Of a stretch of DNA of 64,000 nt, positions 20,457 to 32,062 are shown piece after piece. This stretch comes from Leptolyngbyaceae cyanobacterium (GTDB taxonomy: Bacteria; Cyanobacteriota; Cyanobacteriia; Phormidesmidales; Phormidesmidaceae), in contig CBDHHL010000034.1 in NCBI GenBank assembly GCA_965263355.1, positions 1 through 64,000 of the forward strand. The letters run 5' to 3'. The notes beneath the pieces are model-generated. The model had not been told where the DNA came from. It ran no database searches and saw nothing but the letters and a program-made list of their open reading frames with translations. The translations under genes were made by a program, and so were the position numbers. Positions within the stretch are counted from its first letter, which is position 1; each line of letters starts with the position of its first letter.

Positions 20457-21969
20457 ACTGTCTCCAAACTCGCAAACTGAAAATTAAGCATTGAGCCGTT
20501 GGCAAATCTCACCCTGGCCATTGTTAGACCAACGCTAACAACAGTACCTGTCTGACCTGCGTACGGGACTTGCCACTGAGTCAGCCTTGTAGCGTCAGAG
20601 TCTATAGTCACTGTGTCGCCTGGGCTCATCGTCCTGATCCTGCGCCTAATCCAGCAAGGCTACTGGCTGTTTTTATTACTGTCCCTGTCGAGTCTTCTAG
20701 CTGCCATCGTCCCGTATCTTCGTTGTAGCAAATGAATTGAGCGTTTGCCGCATCTTTCGCTTGTTGTTTGGGGTCCTTGCGTTGCATAATAATTTATCCT
20801 TCCTTTGTGGTGGGTACCCGGTGGCCAGCTGTCAACTCTCCACCGGGTTGAAATTAAACTTTTTCTATCGTCGAGTTTGGATAATCGGCTTTAGCTTCTC
20901 GGAAAGCTTGGCCGATATTTTCGTGTGAATATTGCACAACCAATCCGTCAATCAGAAAGCTGTACGTTGTTGTCTGTTGTCTTGCTTGGGTCATAAGTCT
21001 TTCCAAAAAGTTCAAGCAGTAGCGACTCCGAAGAAATCACTTCTGGCTTTGCCTCCGCATCGACAGCAGCACGATTTAACGCCGCATCGATGCTCCTTCC
21101 TTCTAGCAAAGAGCTGAGTAGTTCCATTAAATAAACTTCCCCGTCCCCTCTTTGGACCCGCGAGTCCGAGTTGTCCTCCAACGGCCCTCATATTTACCAG
21201 GATCTCCAAAAGGGAGAGGCTTCGGCGTAGGCAGTGGCTTGGTGATCGACTGTTGATAGATGCCGATTTGCCTTAAAGCAACTTCGTCCCACCAGCGGCC
21301 ATAGAGCAAGGTTTCGCCAGTGGTTCGGTCAAAGTCGAGGTTGACAATTTCGCCTGAGCTATTTCGATAGGGTCGTTGGATGACCCTGGGTGTGCTTGGC
21401 TGTTGTTTCATAGTTCACTGAATAGTTGTGGGTAATCGTTCATTGCTTGCCGGACCACTCTGCCGCGTTCTTCTAGTGTTTCTGATGGCAGTTGAACCAG
21501 CGCTGCGTATCTGTCTATTGATAGGTCCAGGATCTGTTGGTCCCCAGTTGGGTCTATGTTCTGGGCCATAGTCTGGGCAACCTGCTTCTTCCACTGCTCA
21601 GTGCTAAGAGTTTTTGCCATGCTGCCCCCGTTGGATTTTAGGCAGCAGCGGGCTGCATACCTGAGCCCTAAGCCCAAGTAGCTCCCCCGATTGATATGCA
21701 GTTTCAGGCTGCTCTACCACCCCATCGGTTGGGGGTGTAATTGGTTCATTTCTCATATGTTCTCCTTATTCGTCAATTCTCCCTTTCCAGGGAATGCCCC
21801 AAGTCCGCACTGCCCGGACGGCCACGCTGTCTGTGGTGGCTGCACTGTGCTGGGGTGGTTCGTTAGATGTTGTCGTCTATCTCTATTTGGCTTTCAACCC
21901 GTGGCCAAAGCACCACGTACAACGCCCCAATAATTAACGGTGTGGCGAGGACCAAAGTGGCTACTAAAA

Positions 21970-22240
21970 TTAAAACTTCAAACATTGCGTTTCCTCCATC
22001 GGTTTCGTCGCCAATCTCGCTTTACCTTGGTCTGTTTTCTTGTAAGCCTCGCGAGCGGCTACCCTATAAGGTAAATTGCCACGCTGGCGGTCATAGGCTT
22101 GATAGTACTCAAGCTTCGCGGCACGGTTTTTGCGGGTTCTAGCCTTAACGCACTCTTTGCAAAGCGTCTTGTTGCTTTTGTAGAAATACTCGGAAAGGCT
22201 TTTTACCTCTCCGCACTTTGTGCACTTCTTGGTAGTCATG
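21970..22240 (-). CDS. Zinc-finger protein resembling the N-terminus of HNH homing endonucleases, no nuclease domain
   Basis: KKCTKCGEVKSLSEYF...CKEC. Confidence 0.55.
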
Positions 22241-22243
22241 ACA

Positions 22244-22636
22244 TCAAAATGGAATGGAGTCATAGTCAACTTCAGGGGTGCCACCTGCAGCTACAGGCTT
22301 AGCCGCAGCTGCAGGTGGACTATCTTTGGGGTCCAACAACTCCACCTGGAACCCAACAACCACAAGTTTGCTCCTATTCGAACCATCAGCAGTCTGCCAC
22401 TTCTCCTGTGTCAGCTTGCCGGTGACCCCAATTTTTGAGCCTTTTCGACAGTAATTGACCACTGTCTCCCCAGGTTTTCCCCAAAGTTTGCAGTCAATCC
22501 AGTCTGTAGTTTTCTCACCCTTGCTGTAACCAGAAACCGCCAAGGATAGTGTCGTAACACTATTGCCAGATTCGAAATACCTGATCTCTGGGTCTTGCCC
22601 CAGATTCCCGCTAACTACCACAGTGTTGATACTCAT
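22244..22636 (-). CDS. ssb: Single-stranded DNA-binding protein
   Basis: INTVVVSGNLGQDPEIRY, KGSKIGVTGKL, acidic DYDSIPF tail. Confidence 0.97.
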   Translation of the reverse strand: MSINTVVVSGNLGQDPEIRYFESGNSVTTLSLAVSGYSKGEKTTDWIDCKLWGKPGETVVNYCRKGSKIGVTGKLTQEKWQTADGSNRSKLVVVGFQVELLDPKDSPPAAAAKPVAAGGTPEVDYDSIPF

Positions 22637-23205
22637 GCCGCAGCTCCTCCCTGTACACCCTTTTCAAACGCCTGAATCACTTCGTCATACTTCGCTTTGG
22701 TTACGTCGTCGCTAGACTCAAATCCAAACGACTTGAGCAAACCCTTAGAAGAGTTCTTGTCAAACCCATTCTGATTAGCGATCGCATACAGTCGTTTACG
22801 CTGGCCCTCACTAATTAAGTTGGGGTTTCTTTTTGGTGGTTGAGCCGCGTTACCATCGTCGTCCTCGTCCGCGCTAATCCCAAGGATCGCCGATAGAGAA
22901 TAACGACGGGCATAGGTGATTGCTGCGCCCAGCTTCTGCATATCCTGAATGTTGGGCAGCATTAGGAAACTTTCCAGCTTTTCCCCTGATGAATGCCAGA
23001 GCGTAGTTTTAACCCCCTGACCAGAGTCCATAGGCTCAGTAACCTGGGTTACAACCAAATCGTTCTCACACAGAGCATCCAGCACCGCAGTATTGACGCT
23101 ATCCAAGCTTGCGTAACGGTTCTTGAAATGCGGATTTACCTTATCCTTTTTTATTGGCTTAAAGCCTTTCCTGGCCTTAATCAAAGCCTTAATCAGATTT
23201 TCCAT
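22633..23205 (-). CDS. ERF-family single-strand annealing recombinase
   Basis: KDKVNPHFKNRYASLD, QKLGAAITYARRYSLSAILGISADEDDDG. Confidence 0.93.
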   Translation of the reverse strand: MENLIKALIKARKGFKPIKKDKVNPHFKNRYASLDSVNTAVLDALCENDLVVTQVTEPMDSGQGVKTTLWHSSGEKLESFLMLPNIQDMQKLGAAITYARRYSLSAILGISADEDDDGNAAQPPKRNPNLISEGQRKRLYAIANQNGFDKNSSKGLLKSFGFESSDDVTKAKYDEVIQAFEKGVQGGAAA

Positions 23206-24885
23206 AGCTCATTGTTCATTCGCAAACAACTCTGGCCAATGCAGCCACCCAACCACTAAGGCAGGTTGCGCCATGGGTCAACTAACTCTCCTCCTTATAG
23301 AGTGCAGCCCAGCTCCGGTAATCCTCCCTGGCTGCCTCTTCACTGGGGAACAACGCATCAGCCTGCACTAACGCAGTCTTCCACACCCAAAACCCGAGGG
23401 AGTTTTTCTGGAATACTGGATTATTCATTGGCTAGCTCCTCTTTTTATCAGTTAAAACTCTCTGTTATCGTGAACTCAACAAAATGGCGAACCTTCTTAT
23501 ATCCCAAGGGACTTACCAACCCTTTGGCCAAACAACCACCTGGGACAGTATCCAGAGGATCTACCTCTCTCGCCCCTTTTGGCCGTGTTTCAGAGAGATC
23601 AGGCTAAGCTATTAACTGCTCAATCAAATGAATAAAGTCTTCGGACTTGACATGTACCGAATCCAGCCTTTTTTCTCGTTCACTATCCCAAACTTCCATA
23701 TCTTTCCCCAAAAAAACAACAACAGAAAAGCCCTGGCCGCATAGGCATTTCAACATTGGCCAGGGCAAAGCGTCACGCCACCCCTACATAACTAAACTGC
23801 AGCAATCCGTCTCCAGGTACCGAATCGCTGATCAGGGAACCTCACCCACACCCCTTTGATACCAACCACGTACCACTCAGACGGATACGCTTTCATTAGG
23901 CTCTTAACCGTCGTCCCCGCAGCCTTGGCATTGCAGCGAGTGAGCCTGATCGTGCCGCTCTTCCCCTCACAGTGGGACCAGCACAGAAATTTCTCTCCTG
24001 GCCTCCCAGCGTTGCGGCCTGGCAAACACCTGTAACGATGCTGCCTGTACTCAGGGACTTCCCACAGCGCAGAGGCGGCCTGCCTGTAGGTGTGGATGCG
24101 GTACCTCATGACTCCCCTAAAATGGCTCATCTTCGATCTGCCAGTCGTCAAGGTAGCTCTCCCAAGTGGCGTAGTTAACCAAGCTTGCGTCAGGCACGTA
24201 CTGAGACAGCCAGCATTGGATCATATTGGCCGCTAGTCCAAAACCAGCGCCAATGGTGAGCTTCATCGAGAAGTCCTCGATAAAGCCCTGGCTATCCTCA
24301 CGAACTGCATAAACCCAATATTCCGTGGCAGCATCAGCATCCAGTACCGAAGCATGAATGCCATGAGGGAGGCTCTGCCAGCTGCCATTAACATCGCAGC
24401 ATGGGCCGCATGGGGTGAGCTGGGATACTGGCAATCCACATCGAGGGATAACTGTAACTCGGTCGCCCAGGGGGGCTATATATTCCGCTTCGTAGGGGGC
24501 GGTGGTGGTCATACTTGCGATTCCTGCGAACTGGTTATAATGTAACCACTAGGCAAGAATTTGGCAAGTACTTTTCTATTTAGTTTTGCAAAGACTTCGT
24601 GAAGCTGCAGTTCAGGCCAGCCATTTTGCTTATCAAGAATCAGCATCATCACTGTACTGTGATCATAAAAGAGACCCAGATCACGCTGTGATCTGGGTCT
24701 CGTCACCTGACAACACCCAGGCGATCACATAGCTTGCTCTTTTAGGCCTGTAGAATCCTGTTAAAATTCCCTGGAAATCATGACAAATAATAGTGATGGC
24801 GAGTTAGAGAGGCTTATTTTTGCCAAAAATGTTCCTGAAGCCATTCGCCAGTGGCGGCACATTTTTGACAATCAAATCCCCGCGA

Positions 24886-25548
24886 CTATTTGGGTATCTG
24901 GTCGTTCTGAGCCTTGGGCTTCTTATCCGCCAGCTTCATTAGCTTTACGGCATTCCAGCTTGACCCCAAAACGCAACGCATCGCCTCAGCCAGAACAGGA
25001 TGATCTCTAGGCGTTATTTGGGCGGCTCCAATAATCATCAACAGCGCTTGCCTTGCTTCTATTTCGTCGCCCATGCATTTTGCGGTGGCTTGTAAGAAGT
25101 CGTCCCTGCCTGTGTTTGTCCGTATGTCTATTCCTGACTCGGCCAAAGCGTCTTGCAGAGCGACGGCAAGCGGCGATGGCGTTAAACCTCCGCTTGTCAA
25201 TATGCACTGGATCTCAGCTACCGACTGCTGAAGCGACTTAATAGCTTCAGTCATCGATTCGACTCTAGCAATTAGGCTTGCGTCGTCTGGCACATCCATT
25301 TCGAGCCAATCACACGTATCCGCCACACTCTCACCTCGATATGCGGCGATCGCGCTAAGCTGCCTGGTGTCCAGGCGCTTAGTCTTTTTGTCTCGCCACC
25401 AAATAACAGCAGCGCCAGTTACGCCCAGCCTTCTGCCAATTTCAGCGTAAGAACTTCCCTTGGAGTGCTCCCGCTCAACCCATTCAGATAACCTGTCTTT
25501 ATTCATAGCAAACCTAACATTCGCCATGAATGTATCAGAAATTAACAT
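24886..25548 (-). CDS. Putative CI-like repressor (HTH)
   Basis: SYAEIGRRLGVTGAAVIWWR HTH; divergent from the replication operon. Confidence 0.65.
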   Translation of the reverse strand: MLISDTFMANVRFAMNKDRLSEWVEREHSKGSSYAEIGRRLGVTGAAVIWWRDKKTKRLDTRQLSAIAAYRGESVADTCDWLEMDVPDDASLIARVESMTEAIKSLQQSVAEIQCILTSGGLTPSPLAVALQDALAESGIDIRTNTGRDDFLQATAKCMGDEIEARQALLMIIGAAQITPRDHPVLAEAMRCVLGSSWNAVKLMKLADKKPKAQNDQIPK

Positions 25549-25549
25549 A

Positions 25550-25609
25550 AAGAACTTGCCAAGTACTTCTTTTGTGGTTAGACTGTAACCAAGAACTTTC
25601 CAAGAACTT
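25550..25609. promoter_or_regulatory. Operator cluster of the divergent genetic switch
   Basis: AAG(A/T)ACTT at 25550, 25561, 25591, 25602 (two pairs, 11-bp spacing). Confidence 0.6.
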
Positions 25610-25620
25610 GGTGTGTGCTA

Positions 25621-25806
25621 ATGAAAACAGACCCAAAAACACAGTACCAGCTACCCAGCTCACTTGGGCCTGGTGAGAGAATCCAAATATATTTCCCAGC
25701 TGCTCTCTATGATCTTTTGCTAGAGAAGCACCGCAAGGGCCGCGAGCCGAACTGGAAGACAATCGCTCGGAATGCTTTGCAAGGTGCGCTGCAAGATGCA
25801 GCCTAG
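25621..25806 (+). CDS. Small putative regulator (Cro position)
   Basis: First gene divergent from the repressor; RIQIYFP beta-strand plus helices. Confidence 0.45.
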   Translation: MKTDPKTQYQLPSSLGPGERIQIYFPAALYDLLLEKHRKGREPNWKTIARNALQGALQDAA

Positions 25807-26337
25807 GTAGTCCCATGGTAGCAATACTCACAATACACAAAGGCTACATTAAGCCATTAATTCTGTCTGTAGGGCGTGGCACCCTACGTGCCCTACGCGA
25901 CATCCACTACGGATACATCGACTGCTTCGAAGCTGCCGAAGAGTGGCGGGATATCCTGGCCGTTCATCTGGACGAGCCTGGGGATTTTGAGTTTTTCAAG
26001 ATTCTCCGACTGGATGCTTTCTGGCAGTGCTTAGGCGTGCCTGGGGAGCTGCCAGACTATCCAGCGCCCTGGGATGCCTATCTAGAGCGGCTGGAGTGTG
26101 GGGAAAGGTATAAGTCGTTGTTTGTAGGTTCAGAATGAGAATAAAGCTAAGTGACGAAAAAACGACAAAGTGCGTCGCACTAATTAATGGCCAGCTGGTG
26201 AGCTATGACGCGTGCGGCTCAAGCAAGAGCGCCATCTACAAAACCTGGAATTATTTGGGCCAGGGGGTAATCTTCTCGACTGATGGGATAGTGCAGAAAG
26301 GTTCGACCAAAGCATTTCACTTTTGGGAGAAGCCGTG

Positions 26338-26706
26338 ATGACCGATGTTCTCGCCCAGGCTATCTGTCCTGATTGGGCAGGAAAGGCGTCTGAATTAGAG
26401 CTGGCATTCGGCCAATTGTGGGTGGAGCTTTTCCCAATGCTTGACCTATACGTAGAACAAAAGCTCATCCCTGAGCGGAGATTTAGATTTGACTTTTGCC
26501 ATTATCCCAGCCGGGTAGCCATCGAGATCCAAGGCTATGGCCCTGGGCACTACTCAAAAAAAGGGGTGAATCGAGACAATCTGAAGCATCGACTGGCTGC
26601 CGAAAACGGCTGGTTAGTAATTCCGGTAGAGGGAGATAGAGCCCGTGACGCAGACGAGCATAACCGGATAGCCAAGATCATAAACAACAGAGTGAAGGGG
26701 GATTAA
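26338..26706 (+). CDS. Vsr/DUF559-like PD-(D/E)xK endonuclease
   Basis: RRFRFDF...VAIEIQG...H...RD..K...GW.V. Confidence 0.8.
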   Translation: MTDVLAQAICPDWAGKASELELAFGQLWVELFPMLDLYVEQKLIPERRFRFDFCHYPSRVAIEIQGYGPGHYSKKGVNRDNLKHRLAAENGWLVIPVEGDRARDADEHNRIAKIINNRVKGD

Positions 26707-27472
26707 TGGAAGTAATACACGATTTGCAGCCAATCGAGCTGCAGCACCGCTCGCTCGACGAGCGGCTGAATGAGGCGAATAAAAGAATTATGAGGCTCCC
26801 CGAGCTTGGCATATTGCGCCGAGAGTTTGCGGGCAGTGCGCACAGCGTACCTGTCTGTTTCGGGCGGCGCAGGATGATCTGCAGTAACAACGTCGAGCGC
26901 TACCGCAAGGCTGTATTCCGGGTGTACAAAGAGTTTGGGCTTGAGTTCATTGAGTTTGTGGAGGAAGAGGTGTGAGTCTTGTCCAGGTCTTTTCGACAGT
27001 GACTGGGGCAGTAGTCATTGGGGTGACGTTTTCGTTTTTGCCATGGCCACCGATATTGGCAGTTCTGCTTAGCTGCATCTTTGGATTCGCCTGGGGCCTT
27101 GCTGTGGCTGGGGTGTTTTCATGAATCACCCACCGACACAATGCAGTAATTTCCTGGACGAGAAAGGCAACCCCTTGGTTGTCACGTCCGACGATATTGC
27201 CAAGGCGGTCAGTTGGTATGAGGCCAACTGGATGACCGTTTCTATGGCACTGCCAGTGACTGTGTGGGGCACTGTCTACTCGGTGCGTTGGCAAGAAAGA
27301 TTTGACAGCCAAACGCTGCCACTGTGGCGGAAGGGGGAGCTGCGGCTAAACCTGGCTGTTGCCTATGTCTATGCCGCATTGAGAAGGCTGTGTGCTGTGC
27401 TAAAGAGCAAAGCCAAACCCTAGGCAAACTGCATCTACCGTTCACTTCAGTAAACATCACCCTGAAATCATC

Positions 27473-28309
27473 ATGAAACAGATAACCCAAGAGAGGGGGC
27501 GGGATTGTACGCCTGGGAGCAAGCTGTTTGACTCATCACTAGTTAATGAAGTCGCAAAAATTCTAGACGAGGGAAGCCCAGAAAGAGTACATCAAGTGCT
27601 TTGCGCGGCTGGACTAAATGACAACAGAAGACCAAGATTGAGCTGGGTTAGGATTGCTGCTCCAAAGGGGTTTAATTCACTGCATGAGCTATGGGAAAAG
27701 TATGACGGACTGGTCCCACACGATCCAGGTTACGTTTATTTGGTTTATGCAGAAGGCAGCCCTTATTTCAAAATAGGAAAAACTAATAACCCAAAGCGCC
27801 GAATCTGGAAAGAGATATCTCCTGTCATGCCTTTTGAGTGCCAGCTTGTAAAGCTGTGGCCAACAAATCATATGACATGGGCAGAAAAAACTTTGCATGA
27901 AGAATACGAACATCGGAGGGGTAAGGGCGAATGGTTTAGGCTTACAAATTCAGATTTAAGCTATTTATTATGCCCGTCCCAAGAAAACTATATTAACGAC
28001 CATGCTGGCAATAAAATATGGGATTCTTTTCAACTAAAAGACGATGGCTGCCCCTGGGATGAATGGGTGAAACTTCATCACATCGCTAATTTGCTTTTCC
28101 CTGACGTCATTGGCCACACTACCCCGTCATCTTCTGAGGCAATTCAAGGCTTCTTCCAAGATATTACAAATCAATATCATCCTTTATCTTTGGAAATTCA
28201 GGATGCGGTTAATACTGGCCGCACAATAAGCAATGTAGCCGCAAGCAGATTTTTGGATGACTCCGTTCAATTGTTGCCCGACATTGACATCCTAGGAGGT
28301 GCGGCATGA
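27473..28309 (+). CDS. GIY-YIG (T5orf172-like) domain protein
   Basis: GYVYLV...FKIGKT..P.RR...EK.LH...RGKGEWFRL. Confidence 0.85.
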   Translation: MKQITQERGRDCTPGSKLFDSSLVNEVAKILDEGSPERVHQVLCAAGLNDNRRPRLSWVRIAAPKGFNSLHELWEKYDGLVPHDPGYVYLVYAEGSPYFKIGKTNNPKRRIWKEISPVMPFECQLVKLWPTNHMTWAEKTLHEEYEHRRGKGEWFRLTNSDLSYLLCPSQENYINDHAGNKIWDSFQLKDDGCPWDEWVKLHHIANLLFPDVIGHTTPSSSEAIQGFFQDITNQYHPLSLEIQDAVNTGRTISNVAASRFLDDSVQLLPDIDILGGAA

Positions 28310-29367
28310 AGTGGTTCAGGCTTTATGACGAGATACAGTACGATCCCAAGCTGAGAAGGATGCCCATACCTCACAGGTATGCATTTATTGTCCTTTTATG
28401 CATAGCCAATCGATCAAAGGTGCGAGGGGCGATCATCAATTTAGATGACGACGACTTGGCCTTTGAGCTGGAAATGGAGTTAGAAGATTGGCTCACTTTG
28501 AAAGCAAAGTTTAGGGCAAAAGGGCTTATTGAGCCAATCGAAGGGGGTATAAAAATAAGCAATTGGGATGAGCGACAATTCGCCTCAGACTCAAGCGCAG
28601 AAAGGGTTAAGAGGTATAGAGAAAAAAGGGCGAAACGTGAGTGTAACGTTACAGAAACGTTAGTGAAACGTGACGGTAACGACGAAGAAACGTTAGTGAA
28701 ACGCCATGTAACGCCCTCAGATACAGATCCAGATCCAGATCCAGAAAAGAAAGAAAAGAAAGAAAAGAGCACCGCTAGCGCGAGTGCGTCTACAGCATCC
28801 CAGGGTGGGAAGCCAAAGCCTCAGAAAAAGCCTCCCAAGAAATTAACCAAGGTCCAATGCCAGGAACTAGTCGACATCTACCATGAACTAAAGCCTGAAT
28901 TGTGGGCTGAGGTGAAAGTGCTTGGCGAGAAGCGTCTTGACATGGCAGATCGTGCTTATCAGTCGATGGGCAGAGATATTGAGGCGACTAAGGCAATAGT
29001 CTCTAGTGCCTTGAGGTATGTGTCCACTCAGGATTGGTGGACTGAAAAGAAAGGGAAGTTCACCTTTGGGACTCTATTTGAGCGTGGTAAGGGGGGGCAG
29101 GGCGAGTATCGATTTATTGAGTGGTCAGAGCTAGAAAGCTCTAAAGAATCCCAGGAGGATGTCAAAAAAGACCGGGTGGGCGCTGCTATCCGGCAAGAAA
29201 TTGACAGGCTGAGGATAAACGGCGTTGTCCCTGAACAATTCCGAGGCAGCCCTGACCAGATGGTCGTTTCTCAGCTGGGCCTAGATTCAGCGACTCGATA
29301 CCTGGATTGGCTGAGGCAGCAGCCAGACCCAAAGCCAGCATGGGAGAATAGCTATGTCGCAGCATAA
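28306..29367 (+). CDS. Phage replication initiator/replisome organiser
   Basis: MKWFRLY..I..DPK, I.NW.ERQ...SAERVKRYRE, low-complexity linker; precedes helicase. Confidence 0.8.
   Translation: MKWFRLYDEIQYDPKLRRMPIPHRYAFIVLLCIANRSKVRGAIINLDDDDLAFELEMELEDWLTLKAKFRAKGLIEPIEGGIKISNWDERQFASDSSAERVKRYREKRAKRECNVTETLVKRDGNDEETLVKRHVTPSDTDPDPDPEKKEKKEKSTASASASTASQGGKPKPQKKPPKKLTKVQCQELVDIYHELKPELWAEVKVLGEKRLDMADRAYQSMGRDIEATKAIVSSALRYVSTQDWWTEKKGKFTFGTLFERGKGGQGEYRFIEWSELESSKESQEDVKKDRVGAAIRQEIDRLRINGVVPEQFRGSPDQMVVSQLGLDSATRYLDWLRQQPDPKPAWENSYVAA
28632..28770. other. Candidate replication origin (iterons) inside the initiator gene
   Basis: AGAAACGTTAGTGAAACG at 28653 and 28686, palindrome TGTAACGTTACA at 28642, followed by a purine-rich tract. 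Confidence 0.55.
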
Positions 29368-31480
29368 CCAATTCACTCTCAATAAGCGCTCCAATCCTTG
29401 CCCTATCTGCGATTCAGATGACGGGAGATGCAAGGAGTCTGCTGAGGGGATTCAGCTTTGCATGGGCGTTTTGACGAAACAAGACGTTCCTGGGTTTGAA
29501 TTTCGGGGGACGACCAAAAATAACGTTTGGGGTCTCTGGGTTCAGTCTCAGAATTTTGCGAGTCCTCAGGAAAAAGCTGCTTGGCAGACTGAGCTAGAAC
29601 GCAAAAAGCTTCAGCGCTATATGGCTGAGCAGAAAGAGCGTGAAACTGCGCTAAATGCCCAAGACCGTCATGCTAGCTATAAGAAAATGTTTGCTCAGCT
29701 CAGCATTGAAGACTGCGATCTCACTGACCTCTTGAACCGTGGCTTCACGGAGAGGCAAATCGCCGAGATTGGCTTCAAGTCTGTTGGTAAATGGCATCGC
29801 CTTGACGAGCCTGTAAACCCGAAATTGCCAGGGGTTGACTCCAAGGGAGAGCGCTTAAATGTTCCATTCCCAGGGTATCTTTGCCCTGCTTATGACGCCG
29901 ACGGGCATATTTGCGGCGCTCAGGTTCGCAGCCGAGGCAATGAAGGCCCTCGATACTACTGGTTGACCAGTCGGAGTAAGAAGAATATCCACGGGGCCAC
30001 TCCTCACATGCCATCAGGCGAGCTGCCACTATCGGTTTACTGGCCTAATGAGGTAACTAAGAACCAGATCGCATTTGTCGAAGGTATCGGTCCTAAGCCT
30101 GCGTTAGCTGCAATACGTCTAGGGTGTCCTGTAGTGGGCGCTGCGGGTGCTCAATGGGGTTCAGGTCGTTCTGAGCTTAAGGCCGCCCTCTGCGCGATTC
30201 TGGCGCGTTTAGACGGGGCTGTTGATTATGTGCTCTATCCAGATGGTGGGATGCTCGACGCTCGTCATGAGGGCGTAAGAGACCGCTATCGAGATCTGGC
30301 GGTTTCTTTGGGCGCTGAGCTTAAAATTGCTTGGTGGGGGCAGGTCGCGCATGGCCAAGACATTGACGAGGTACCCAAGGACACGCAGATAGGGATTATT
30401 GGCTGGGCTGAATTTGAGGCCATGGCTGATGGTGATGGTGAAATCCCTCAAGAGGTTTTGCTAGAGGTTGAGGTATCTAAGTACAGCCAACTTGCTGAAA
30501 AACCTTATGCTCAGACGTTGCAGGAGAACAAGATTGGCTCAGAATTTGGGGTTCGCGGGAAAAGACTCCAAGCATTGGTAAATTTTGCGGGCAGTCATTC
30601 CAATGGCCTTGGCTCAAGTATTGCCGAAGTTGGGTGTGAGTTATTTACGGAGATTGAAGAAAGAAGCCTAAATGGGCTGCCCTTAGGCGTATCTACTGGC
30701 TTCACGGACTTAGATGAGATGCTGGGGGGTGGGTTCCAAGAGGGAGATTTGATTGTCCCAATAGGCAGAGCGGCCATGGGTAAAACCGCGTGGACTCTGA
30801 ATGCAGCGGCAAATGTTGCGCAGTCAGGGGCTGAGGTAGTTTTTTTCTCGTTTGAAATGGATAAGAAGCGGCTATCTTACCGAATTCTAGCTCTTTTGTC
30901 TGGCATTTCTTCCCAGAGGCTTCGAGCGGGGAAGATTAGTACTAATGAATGGGAGCGCTTAGGGCATGCAACAAACGCTATTACTAGTTTGCCAATTCAC
31001 TTGTTTGATGTTTCTGATTTAGGCGGATCTCCAACAACTGAAGCGTTAAAAAATTGTCTCGACAAGTTGACTATTCAGCCAAAGGTGATTTTTGTTGACT
31101 ATCTTCAGTTAATGACTTCAACCCTTAGGGATGATGCAAGTGAGGCCACGAAATTAGGGCAAGTTAGCCGAGGGTTGAAGTTTCTCGCAACAGAAAGACA
31201 TGTTCCTGTTGTTGCGTTGGCTCAAGTTAATCGTAGTGTTCAAGACAGAGCTAACAAAAGGCCAACCATGAGTGATATTCGCTCTAGCGGCTCTATTGAA
31301 CAGGACGCCGATATTGTCTTGGGACTTTATCGAGACGACTATTACGACGAAAATTCGCCCGACAGAGGGATTACTGAGCTGATTTTTTTGAAGCACCGAG
31401 ATGGCCCGACAGGCACGGTGAAGCTCTTGTTTGAGCCAGAGTTTACAAGGTTTAGGAATTTGACACCAACGATTGGATAG
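29354..31480 (+). CDS. Primase-like domain fused to DnaB-type replicative helicase
   Basis: N-terminal CPIC Zn finger, Toprim-like FVEGIGPK; GRAAMGKT, VDYLQL, LAQVNR, DIRSSGSIEQDAD, KHRDGPTG. Confidence 0.92.
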   Translation: MSQHNQFTLNKRSNPCPICDSDDGRCKESAEGIQLCMGVLTKQDVPGFEFRGTTKNNVWGLWVQSQNFASPQEKAAWQTELERKKLQRYMAEQKERETALNAQDRHASYKKMFAQLSIEDCDLTDLLNRGFTERQIAEIGFKSVGKWHRLDEPVNPKLPGVDSKGERLNVPFPGYLCPAYDADGHICGAQVRSRGNEGPRYYWLTSRSKKNIHGATPHMPSGELPLSVYWPNEVTKNQIAFVEGIGPKPALAAIRLGCPVVGAAGAQWGSGRSELKAALCAILARLDGAVDYVLYPDGGMLDARHEGVRDRYRDLAVSLGAELKIAWWGQVAHGQDIDEVPKDTQIGIIGWAEFEAMADGDGEIPQEVLLEVEVSKYSQLAEKPYAQTLQENKIGSEFGVRGKRLQALVNFAGSHSNGLGSSIAEVGCELFTEIEERSLNGLPLGVSTGFTDLDEMLGGGFQEGDLIVPIGRAAMGKTAWTLNAAANVAQSGAEVVFFSFEMDKKRLSYRILALLSGISSQRLRAGKISTNEWERLGHATNAITSLPIHLFDVSDLGGSPTTEALKNCLDKLTIQPKVIFVDYLQLMTSTLRDDASEATKLGQVSRGLKFLATERHVPVVALAQVNRSVQDRANKRPTMSDIRSSGSIEQDADIVLGLYRDDYYDENSPDRGITELIFLKHRDGPTGTVKLLFEPEFTRFRNLTPTIG

Positions 31481-31645
31481 GAGACGAGGAATCATGAGAA
31501 GAGAAACATTTGACGAACATTGGATTACGGGCACTCGCTATCAGCTCTTTGAGCCCAAGCTGTGGCGATGGCATTGGCCGAAATTGAGAAAGACTGAGAA
31601 CGAGATCTTATGGGTTCTGCCAACTATGAGCGTGAGGTGGTTTAG

Positions 31646-32062
31646 ATGACTTGGGACAGGAGCTTATACCCCGGCAACTGGGAGGAAATAGCACTAAGCG
31701 TGAAGGAAGATGCTAGTTGGCACTGCGAGGAGTGTGGTAGGCCATGTCGTAAGCCTGGAGAGTCATTGCAGGGCATGATGCAACGCATTAACTGGAATGG
31801 CGTACTTGAGGAGTGTTGGCCCACAGAAGAGTGGGAAGATGCGGAAGAGTTTGGACTCATGAAGATTCAAAAGCCCACCCGTTTTGTTCTTACCGTGGCT
31901 CATCTCAACCATAAGCCCGAGGATTGCAGTCGAGGGAACCTAAGGGCGTTGTGCTCGGCGTGCCATCTGGAGTATGACAACTCGACTAGTTCGAGATTTC
32001 GGAAGCGACAGGTTAAGGCAGAGAGAACAGGACAGTTAAATTTGTTGGAGATAGTAGCATGA
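31646..32062 (+). CDS. HNH endonuclease-family protein
   Basis: CEECG...LTVAHLNH...NLRALCSACHL. Confidence 0.9.
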   Translation: MTWDRSLYPGNWEEIALSVKEDASWHCEECGRPCRKPGESLQGMMQRINWNGVLEECWPTEEWEDAEEFGLMKIQKPTRFVLTVAHLNHKPEDCSRGNLRALCSACHLEYDNSTSSRFRKRQVKAERTGQLNLLEIVA

